A DNA stretch of 64,000 nt from Eledone cirrhosa. Its lineage: Eukaryota. Shown in pieces: positions 55,801 through 64,000 of the stretch. The stretch spans positions 105,648,001 through 105,712,000 of the forward strand of contig OZ024742.1 of NCBI GenBank assembly GCA_964016885.1, read 5' to 3'. The position numbers were made by a program, and so were the translations under genes. The stretch's first letter is position 1; each line of letters begins with the position of its first letter. The notes under the pieces were generated by a model. That model was not told the DNA's origin. It saw nothing but the letters and a program-made list of their open reading frames with translations, and searched no databases.

Positions 55801-56289
55801 CTTGCACCCTCCACCCCTATCCGCTAATCCCACACAGTCCCAGCGTGCATCTAAGATCCCGTTCCAGTCGCCCACTAACACTAAAGAGCGGGACGTTCCA
55901 AGAAAGGTCTCCAGACGCCGGAAGAAATCAGGCCGCCCTGCTCCTGTCGGGGCATAGACGGCCACTAGCCTGAAAGCTTGCCCGTCTCCGCTGGTCACGT
56001 CCAGCACCACCAGCTTACCCTCTGGGTCCAGGAAGATGGCCCGTATGGCGAGATCCAAACCTCTCCGAAAAAGTACAGCAACTCCTCCACCGGATCCAGG
56101 ACGGCTGGGAGATGCGTACACATCGTAGCCGCCGAAGATCGGTGCGAAGGCCCGTGCTTCGGAGATTCTGGTCTCGCTGATGGCCACTACATCTATGTTT
56201 AGTGACCTGAGGTCGTTGAGCAGGTGACCCTGCTTCCATGACGACCCCAAGCCACGCGCATTTATGCTGCCTATTCTGAGTGAGGTCAT
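52870..56289 (-). CDS. LINE ORF2: AP endonuclease + reverse transcriptase + C-terminal CCHC zinc finger (1139 aa)
   Basis: SINARGL, SET, LVGDWN, YLDR, TDH (APE); KSPGLDG, FRPITLLN, DQSKAFDRV, RQGCPLS, YADD (RT); CPRCAQGDETVLHALVQC. Confidence 0.96.
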   Translation of the reverse strand: MTSLRIGSINARGLGSSWKQGHLLNDLRSLNIDVVAISETRISEARAFAPIFGGYDVYASPSRPGSGGGVAVLFRRGLDLAIRAIFLDPEGKLVVLDVTSGDGQAFRLVAVYAPTGAGRPDFFRRLETFLGTSRSLVLVGDWNGILDARWDCVGLADRGGGCKSLTNLLRRFELSDRYRLDFPNVPMWTWTNRIGSSRSYLDRVFCREIDRSSIGCPQFKIVSYTDHKFVICVLDLDRLHRRGPGYWKLNASLPARKAYRDRISELVKRALTGAIVNNKWWFALKRAIRIESIRFSKALAIEKNRAEGELVRKLDEALSKGIATDVLAAKLALDQFFNAKHEGCVVRARVRALRHEGTKAVQWARVAEARRGNKATIRSLVDHDGRMLLDPGQMCEAFQRHFAQLFGGSGGPGRGMDFSVYLDGLPRLSATEARCCEKPITAAEVREAMTGCTRGKSPGLDGLPYELYVQMPDLFGGLLADVYCNWQQNGRIPSSVSRGAVALLRKDPNKGDNIDNFRPITLLNTEFKILAKVLAKRLALVVGGLVGEAQTCAIPDRSIHDNLHLMRYIVERVAREPGTGGSLINLDQSKAFDRVDHRYLAAVLRAAGFGPVFRGWIAAMHSDICSVVRVNGHLSEPFNIMRSVRQGCPLSSLLYVLTLEPLLHKLETLRGVPRELGCGRSVSAYADDVTVVVSNAKHIEAIGTTLREYEAVTGAMINQEKSVGLQLGTWRGRSMPSNSVVGRWTDGPVKLLGVWFGPDLQTDKNWDEVTSRVASLTQKWAERKLSLKGRAEVANAYIASVICYRLTVVPCPKPRLTALERLLFRFLWKGRAPMVRRSICCQHPLRGGLGMPWLMMRRHALRLRHLHLFLDGDQVWSPFARRVFPQLVSLTELQSWVKRRPRGSAWRLECLQALTALDQSGNVIGGNSTSAFYRGLVEGKSDDVLGETLGVDENQLANLFGRTFGPGPMDNFQKSLAWQCYRGALPVRDKLYRHGGAVSRACPRCAQGDETVLHALVQCPKIADLWVYVEHLLSRLGRIQLSSESIVRIAPPSSFSREGQAVFICLVAMAKEIVWWTRLKGLKTSTYLFGDALIDFFKFHLKRKIRVEREVLSSQHFVERWVREARMARVNGPTLSIYL

Positions 56290-56324
56290 GTTTAAAATAG
56301 AGTGGAAAAGATGGGAAAGACCAC

Positions 56325-58424
56325 TTACCGTATTTTTGGTAGAGGAGGGATGGTTTTTACATCCCTTTTCACTTGATCGTCTGGTGAAGGGACCGTTGAA
56401 TCGTCCCTTCGGCTGGTCGTCGGCTCTTCTAAGAGAATGTCTGAATATACTCTTCGATTAATGGTTCCTCCTAGGTCCCTGAAATCACCAACTGCGTTGG
56501 GAAATTTCGTTTTAATGTTTGTGTATTGTTTCTGTGCTATTTTTAGCAGTCTTATGTTAGTTGGCGTTTTGATTGGTGCTGGTATTATGTAGTCCTGTTG
56601 TGAAATGTCTGTGTGTTCAATTATGTAAGTCATTAGTTTCTTGTTGTGTGTGTTTATTGCCGTGCATTTGTTTTTCTGGGGGTGGGGTGTGGTTCTGCTA
56701 TTTTCTTGTCGTTGTTGCTGGGTGTGTGTGTTTTGTTGTTGTGTTTGCGATGTTGGTGCTTGTGGTGGTGGTGTTGAAGGTGTTGTTGGCGGTGGGGTTG
56801 TCGCCGGTGGTGATGGTGGTGCTGGTGTGGGTGGTGATGGTGTTGGTGGTGTTGCTGCTGTGGGTCTCTTTGCAGTAGACTTTACCCTTTTCTCATTTCT
56901 TTCCTCCCTTTTCAAAGGCGACGATGCGCTGCTTCTGCGTTTGTGCCTTCTTGAGACCTTTTGCCATCCCTCTCCCACCTCACACTCCATGTCTGATTCT
57001 GTAAGGTCGGGGAGGGGTACCAGCTCCACTCTTTCACTTGTTGTTGTTGGTGATGTTTGCACTGGAGTCTCTGTTGCAGCTGCATTTGGTATTGCTGTTG
57101 TTGTTGTTAATATTTCCACTGCTGCTGCTGTCTTTGATTTCCGTGGAGTGGGTATGGGTGCCACGGACCTATCGTTCCTGGTTGCCGCTTGTCCTGTTGC
57201 TGGTAGCCGTGGAACCGGATTCGGGAGGAGGGGGGTTTTCTCCTTTCTCAGGGTCTTCTCGTTGCAGAAGGCCCTGAGGTGAGTCTTCGATCCACAGCGA
57301 AAGCATTTCGGGCGTTTGCCCTCAACACTTATGGGCAGTTGAGTGCCGTTATCGAAGTCTATCACATCCGGGATAGCTTCGATGCACTCCTGGTTGGTTT
57401 GGATTAGCATCTCAATGGAGGAGCCGACCCAATCTTCTCTTACTTTTTTCTGTACTTGCAGTACAGTTGTTTTGTCCTCGATTCCGACGAGGACAGACGC
57501 GGCCAGCCAAGAAGGGGTCATTCCGGGGGGGACGTGGGTCAGTTTGACCCTCACAATTTTTTGCCCGCAGTAGGAGGGCACCAACACCATTTCCTCGCTC
57601 CTTAGGGTCACTACTGATTGGGCCTTTGCCTCCTGGGGTGTGGCAAAAAGTACGTCTACGGTGGCGTATTTTTTGCCTCGGGTGATGTGCGTTTTCCTCT
57701 GCCACACAGACCCCAAGGCTTTTTGTATTTGGGCCTCTGTGGCTCTTTCCACCCTACGGGATTTTGTACTTACTGTACGGTACGTGACCGTACAGTGCTC
57801 TTGGGTTTCGAAAAAATTTTTCGCTGCCTTGCAGATTGCTCGGTGTCCGTTCTTTGTCACCATCTTCTTCGCTTCCTCTAATTCCTCATTTGTTATGAGG
57901 ATTGTTTCCAGGTTTTTCGCAATACCTGCAAATGAGATTGGTTTTTCTCTGCTGTTGTTGTTGTCGTCAGAGCTGCTGGTACTTTTGTTGTTGCTGCAGG
58001 TACTACGACTACTGCCTCCGCCGCTGTTGCTGTGGTTGTTGTTGGTGTTGCTGCTGCTAATGCTGTTGTTGTTTATGCTGCTGGTGATGCTGTTGCGGCT
58101 GCTACTGTTGTTTTCATTGTCACTGTTGCTGTTGTTATTACGGCTGCTACTGCTATTATTCCTGACGTCAGACGAATGAACTGGGTTTTCGTATTTCCCG
58201 CACACCTGTTTCGTCGCTGTCGTCGTCGTCGTGGAGAAACCTTGCACGCTTTGCACGAGACTTTTCTTTTCTTTCGTCGCTTGCGAAAGAGAAGGTAGGG
58301 AGAGAGACACATTTAAAGAAGGGAGGGAGAGAGACAATCTTCTCTCTCCTGTAGTGATGATTGAGGAAGAAGAAGACGGAATGAGTGGGAGTGACGTATG
58401 AAATTTTTTTTTTTTGGTAGCCAT
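56325..58424 (-). CDS. LINE ORF1 nucleic-acid-binding protein (699 aa from MATKKKK)
   Basis: Uninterrupted frame; zinc knuckle CFRCGSKTHLRAFC; N/S-rich and P/T-rich low-complexity linkers; upstream of ORF2. Confidence 0.88.
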   Translation of the reverse strand: MATKKKKFHTSLPLIPSSSSSIITTGERRLSLSLPSLNVSLSLPSLSQATKEKKSLVQSVQGFSTTTTTATKQVCGKYENPVHSSDVRNNSSSSRNNNSNSDNENNSSSRNSITSSINNNSISSSNTNNNHSNSGGGSSRSTCSNNKSTSSSDDNNNSREKPISFAGIAKNLETILITNEELEEAKKMVTKNGHRAICKAAKNFFETQEHCTVTYRTVSTKSRRVERATEAQIQKALGSVWQRKTHITRGKKYATVDVLFATPQEAKAQSVVTLRSEEMVLVPSYCGQKIVRVKLTHVPPGMTPSWLAASVLVGIEDKTTVLQVQKKVREDWVGSSIEMLIQTNQECIEAIPDVIDFDNGTQLPISVEGKRPKCFRCGSKTHLRAFCNEKTLRKEKTPLLPNPVPRLPATGQAATRNDRSVAPIPTPRKSKTAAAVEILTTTTAIPNAAATETPVQTSPTTTSERVELVPLPDLTESDMECEVGEGWQKVSRRHKRRSSASSPLKREERNEKRVKSTAKRPTAATPPTPSPPTPAPPSPPATTPPPTTPSTPPPQAPTSQTQQQNTHTQQQRQENSRTTPHPQKNKCTAINTHNKKLMTYIIEHTDISQQDYIIPAPIKTPTNIRLLKIAQKQYTNIKTKFPNAVGDFRDLGGTINRRVYSDILLEEPTTSRRDDSTVPSPDDQVKRDVKTIPPLPKIR

Positions 58425-58637
58425 GTTTTTTTGCTTAAAATGAAATTTTGGGTACAAAACCCCAATAACTGATTATTCAACCCCGAAGGGCCAAATAACG
58501 GACAGAAAGACCCCTCTCACGAGGAGGAGGGTGTCTTTATCAACAATTTGGTTCAAGTTTTAAACAATTTACAATTGTTTTAACGGTTAAAAATTACTAT
58601 ACCTTACAGAGCCGAGCCTCCGTCAACCATGGCATTC

Positions 58638-58668
<31 letters not shown>

Positions 58669-59194
58669 GATAATTTCATATATCAGTCCAATTATAATCG
58701 AAGTCATTATTGTTAATAGAAACTGAACCTTGACTGATAAAAGTGTAAAAATACAAAAATCAACAACAACAACAACAACAACAACAAACAAACAAATGAA
58801 AACAAAAAAAGAAACAGAAAAAAAAAAATCAGATATATAAAAATCAACGTCAAGAGCAGAAGCAAGCTTCTGCATATGGCTGCTTAAAGATAGTAAAATT
58901 AAGAGTAGGATGATGTAGTGAGATAGATATGTTTCTTTTATTTGCCACCAGGGCATCAAAAGTGGGACAAGTACAATGGGGGGAGTTTACACAAAAAGGC
59001 GTCCTCAATAAGGAGGAGGCAATAACAATATATAAAAATAAAATAAAATATAACAAAAAATAAAATTTATAACAAAATCCTCAATAGAGAGGAGGCGCCT
59101 TGGGTGGTCGCACACCCCCCCCGAAAAAAGTGTGCAACCCTTCTCCTCAGGAGCACAGAGAGGGGGTGCTCCCTCGTTCCTTCCTCTTTTCCAC

Positions 59195-62100
59195 CTACAG
59201 GCTTATGTAAAGAGAAGGCCCATTCACACGGGCCATTCTCGCCACTTTCACCCACCTTTCATAAAAACGACTGGGGTGGAGCACCTCTCTCTCCATCCTG
59301 ATCCTTCTTCCAAAATGATATCGGAAGAAACGGACCAGTTGTTGGCCAGAGAGAAAGGTGCCTGACCTCAGTCCTTTCAGACGCGTCCACCATACAACTT
59401 CTTTCACCATGGCTATTACGCACAGAAACACCGCCTCTCCTTCATCTTTGAAGGGGGGAGGCGGCTTGATCATTACAATAGACTCGGTGGTCAACCGGAT
59501 CGGTCCCACCCTTGACAGCAGTTGTTCAACATAGCCCCACAGATCGGCTACGCCCGAGCAGTGTACCAATGCGTGTGCAACGGTTTCCTCGTCGCACACG
59601 CATCTGGGACAGATCTTTTTGGCGGGGTCCCTACCCGGGCGCCCGTGTCTGTAGAGCTTTTCTCGAACGGGTAGAGCCCCTCGGTAGCACTGCCAGGCCA
59701 GGGACTTCTGGAAGTTGTCCATAGGTCCTGGGCTGAATGTCCTACCGAACAGGCTGGCCAGTTCGTCCTCCTCCATGTCTAGGGCTTCTCCGAGGGCGTC
59801 GTCGCACCTGCTGCGTACCAACCCTCTATAGAATGTTGCGGTGGAGTCTCCACTGATAACCGGATCCGCCTGCCAGAGGGCGGTGAGCGCCTGGGCACAC
59901 TCAGTGTGCCAGGCGCCCAGTTTTCTCGGTCTTTGCTTGACCCAGGATTGCAGCTCGGTGAGTGAGACGAGTCTGGGAAAGGTTCGTCTCACAAACGAGG
60001 CCCACACCGGTTGATCGGTGAGGAATACGTAGAGGTGCCGTAGCCTTAATGCGTGTTTACGCATCATTAGCCACGGCATCCCCAGCCCTCCTTTCGAAGG
60101 GTGTTGACAGCAGATGGATCTCCTCACCATAGGAGCCCGCCTCTTCCAAAGGAATTGGAAGAGCGCGCGCTCCATCTTGGTGAGGGTTTCCCTTGGGCAG
60201 GGCACTACGGTCAGGCGGTAGTAGATGACGGACGCTATATAGGTGTTCGCCACCTCCGCCCGACCTTTCAGGGATAGTTTGCAACTGGCCCACTTCTGGG
60301 TCAGTGCAAACACCCTGTTCGTAACCTCCGCCCAGTTTTTCTCCACCTGGAGGTCCGGTCCGAACCAGACCCCGAGCAACTTCACCGGGCCCTCCGTCCA
60401 GCGTCCGACGACGCCATCGGAGGGCATCGGTCTGCCCCTCCACGTGCCGAGTTGCAAACCGATCGACTTGTCCCGGTTCAGCTTAGCCCCTGTGAACCTT
60501 TCGTACTCCTCCAGTAAGGTGCCGATCGTCTCGATTTCGGAGGCCGTCGACACCATTACTGTCACGTCATCGGCGTAGGCCGACACCGCTTTCCGCAATC
60601 CCGGTTCCAAAGGGATGCCCTGCAACAACTCCAACTTCCGCAGTAGTGGCTCGAGAGTCAACACATACAGAAGGGAGGAGAGAGGGCACCCTTGTCGGAT
60701 GGACCGCGCGATTTTGAACGGCTCCGAGAGGTAGCCGTTCACCTTGACCCTAGAGCAGATGCGGTCGCTGTGCAAAGCAGTGATCCAGCCCCTGAAAACG
60801 GGTCCGAAGCTTGCCGCCGCTAGCACCGCATCCAGGTAACCATGGTCGACCCTATCGAACGCCTTAGATTGATCCAAGTTGATCAGAGCCCCACCAAAGG
60901 TGGAGGTTGTCATGGATGGACCTGGACGGGATAGCGCATGTCTGCGCATCTCCCACCAGGTTGCCCACGACAAGCGCCAACCTCTTTGCTAGCACCTTGG
61001 CCAAAATCTGTAACTCTGTATTTAGCAGAGTTATGGGCCTGAAGTTACTTATTTCGTCCCCCTTGTTCTCGTCCTTCCTCACTAGCGTGACTACGCCCTT
61101 GGTCACAGTACAGGGAATTCTCCCGTTCTGTTGCCAGTTGCAGTAGACCGCCTCGAGGAGATCGGGGAACAAGTCCGGCATAGCTAGATATAATTCGTAA
61201 GGAAGACCATCGAGACCCGGGGATTTGCGTTTGCCGCATTGGCTCAGCACGTCCTCTATCTCAACGGCCGAAATCGGCTCCTCGCAGGACTTCGCCTCCC
61301 TGTCCGAGAGACGCGGCAGGCCGTCGAGGTATGGACCGAAGTCCACATTCCCAACCGGCTCCCCGCCCCTCCAGAACAGTCGGGCAAAGTGCCTTTGAAA
61401 GGCCTCACACATCTGCTTAGGCTCAAGAATCGCCCGTCCATCCAGGTCTCGCAAAGACCGGATGGTGGATTTAGTTCCACTGTTGGCCTCTGTCACGCGG
61501 GCCCAGCTAACAGCTTTGGTCCCCTCGTTCCCTAGAGCACGTATTTTACTTCGGATAACGCAGCCTTCGTGCTTCGCGTCGAAAAAACTGGCTCAAAGCC
61601 GTTCTCGACGCTAGCACTCTAGCCACGTCGCCGCTTCTAATTGCCTCTTCTACTCTATCTATTAGCTCCCTTTCCTTCCTATTCCTATCCGCAGCTAGAA
61701 CCTTACTAAATTCTATCGAGACTACTCTAATCTCTCTCTTTAGAGATACCCACCACCTGCTGTTGACGATCGCTCCAGTCAACCGTTCCTTAACTAACGT
61801 ACTAATCCGATCCCTGTAAGCTCTACTTGCCGGCAAGGACAAGTTGAGCTTCCAGTAACCGGGGCCCTGTCTATGCTTTCTATCAAGTTTGACCATGCAG
61901 GTCACCAACTTGTGGTCTGAATAGCCAACCATGAGCATTTCTGGACAACTTAAAAAGTCCCTGTCCTTATTTCTAACTAAAAATCTATCTAGGTACGACC
62001 TAGATGATCCGCTGCGATTTGACCAAGACCAGGTTGGCACCGTCGGAAAATCTAGTCGAAATCTATCGGCCAGGTCAAATCGGCCGAGTAACCCCTTGAG

Positions 62101-62590
62101 GCTGTTGCACCCCTCTCTATCGGGACATGCCCCTGCATAGTCCCAACGTGCATCCAGGATACCATTCCAATCCCCCACTAAAAGCAGGGAACGGGACGTC
62201 CCTAGAAAAGACTCCAGACGCTGGAAAAAGTCGGGCCGCTCTGTCCCAAAAGGGGCATATGCGGCTACCAGCCTAAAGGCTCTACCTTCACCACTGCCAA
62301 GGTCCAGCACCACCAGTCGACCCCCTGGGTCCAAGTGAACTATCTGTGTTGCAAGGCCATATGTTTTTGCAGCAGAACGACAACCCCACCCCACCTCCGG
62401 GCTGACAGAGAGATGCGTGCATCTCAAAGTCGTCAAAGGTGGGCGCTAGCTGCCGCATGTTGCTGATCCGGGCCTCGCAGATAACCATCACATTTATAGA
62501 TTGTGACCTGAGGTCATTTAGAAGCATTGCTTGCTTCCAAGATGAGCCCAGGCCACGCGCATTTAGACACCCTACCCTTAGCACAGCCAT
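59195..62590 (-). pseudogene. frameshifted LINE ORF2 (APE-RT-CCHC)
   Basis: MAVLRVGCLNARGL start; motifs split over frames near 62360-62400, 61570 and 60895 (the last also deletes ~15 codons); YADD and CPRCVCDEETVAHALVHC retained. Confidence 0.92.
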
Positions 62591-62614
62591 GTTGGTGGAA
62601 AGGAGAAAAGGCAC

Positions 62615-63900
62615 TTACCTCTCTGCGTCCTGGGAAACGGGCCGCTCAATTTCCATGCTGGTTGGGGATGGGTTGTTGGGTGGGGTGGTGGTTTGTGGAA
62701 TTGAAGGGGCATCGGTGTGTTGTGGGGTTGGGGTGTTTGTGGTTGAGTGGGTGTCTGGGTGGGGTGGGGTGGGGTGGGGTGGGGGGATTTTTTAGGAGGA
62801 CGCGGTTGATTGGTTTGGCGCAGGGGGGGGGGGGGGGGGCACGTCCTCCGTGAAATTTATTTTCAGTGTTTTGTACAAGTTCATTGGGACTTTTATCATT
62901 TTTAAATGAGGTAGTCCCACAGCAGTTATAAAGTTAGGCCCTTCAGTTTGGACCGAAGGGTTTGCTGAAATTGTTTTCCGTAATTCTTTGTTGTCTGTGT
63001 TCATGTATGTATATTGTAAGGTCTTTTTTTGTGTAGCAGTTAGTGTTGTGTGACATGGAGGGGTGGTTTGTATGTAGTTTGTGTTCTCTTGGGGGGGGGG
63101 GGGGGTTAAAGTTAACATGTGTGTCTGTGGTGCGTCTCCTCTTCTTTCTTTTTACTTGTTGGAAGGGATCTTTTTCGTCTTGCGACGAAAGGGGTTCGTC
63201 TTCCTTGTTGGGTGGGAGGGGTATGTTTTCTGGTAGTGTTTGCGGTGTGTGTTTTTGTATTTGTTTTGGGTGGGGAGGGATTGGGTGGGACAGTATTCTG
63301 TGTTATTTTTTCACGTGTTTGTTTGTTGTTGTTGTTGTTGTTGTGGTGGTGGTGGTGTTGGTTTTTGTTGTTGTTGTTGGGGTGGTTTTGGTGTTGGTAG
63401 CAGTGTTTTTTTCTGTGTGAGCTGGGGACAGGCAGCCCTCAGGTGACCTCTATTGCCACAGAGGTAACAGGAGGGACGCCTACCCTCCACAATAATGTTG
63501 AGGTGGGTACGGTCATCCAGCATGACGTGCTCAGGGATTTGGGCGATGCGTTCTGGCCTTATTTGGGTCAGAACTTCGATGCTCGTTCCACTGAACGCGT
63601 CGCCGGATGCCTTTCCCATTGAAATGAGGTTGTCCTCATCTAAATTGAGGAAACCGGTTAGTAACCACCAGTAGTTTATGTTTGGGGTGATGGTGGTTAT
63701 CCATATCCTCTGGGTTTTTTTACCCATGTAGGTGGGGAAGAAGGTGTAGTGTGTGGAACGAATTGGCGACACACAGTATTTTTTCGCCGCCAATTCGTCT
63801 TTCATCAATATGGACAAACTCCCATAGAGTTTATCCTTTTGTATAAAAGTGATGTCTCTCATCGCTTCTTTCAGTACTAACTGAATTTCAGCTTGAGATG
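62615..63900 (-). pseudogene. frameshifted LINE ORF1
   Basis: VEGRRPSCYLCGNRGHLRAAC aligns with VEGKRPKCFRCGSKTHLRAFC; frame breaks in homopolymer and low-complexity runs. Confidence 0.8.
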
Positions 63901-64000
63901 GTTATGCTGGTTTTTTGTTTTATTTAAAATTGTACGGAATACGACAGTTCGTAATTCCGTCTGTTTTTTTAGTTCTGGAGGTGAATGTATAGAAAACGAA

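Larger units (their letters stand above)
52606..58637 (-). mobile_element. apparently full-length, intact L1/Tx1-clade LINE (~6.0 kb)
   Basis: 5'UTR, ORF1, 35-nt spacer, ORF2, 3'UTR with AATAAA; (AAT)n directly at both ends. Confidence 0.93.
58925..64000 (-). mobile_element. second, diverged and decayed L1/Tx1-clade LINE (5' end outside the window)
   Basis: 3' end ctggtggcaaataaaagaaac; ORF2 and ORF1 pieces collinear with the first element. Confidence 0.92.

Noticed and set aside
52819-63446. Plus-strand and alternative-frame ORFs over the LINEs
   Set aside because: Shadow frames of GC-rich coding sequence

Overview
Repeat-dense, AT-rich eukaryotic DNA. The microsatellite load and SINE types suggest an octopus-like cephalopod (inference only). 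No host protein-coding gene could be supported, and nearly all short ORFs in the track are microsatellite artefacts. Recognisable content: (1) an apparently intact ~6.0 kb L1/Tx1-type LINE on the minus strand (ORF1 with CCHC knuckle; 1139-aa APE-RT-CCHC ORF2), flanked by (AAT)n and followed by a diverged, decayed Tx1-type LINE that runs off the window; (2) a frameshifted DD37D/maT transposon with TIRs, a mariner MITE, two non-autonomous Helitrons (one with a paralogous empty site in the window), a 5'-truncated R4/Dong element in (TAA)n, an RTE relic, a probable LTR with PBS, many tRNA-derived SINEs, and 72-, 121- and 41-bp minisatellites. The most striking unannotated signal is a dense set of small non-coding elements in or beside (TA)n tracts. 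They carry type-I hammerhead ribozyme motifs (about 18 intact or degenerate cores) and copy-specific fold-back inverted arms. Two show ~532-536 nt tandem or circularly permuted monomers, suggesting a Penelope-like/retrozyme-like system. All ribozyme folds were worked out by eye and need computational and biochemical confirmation.
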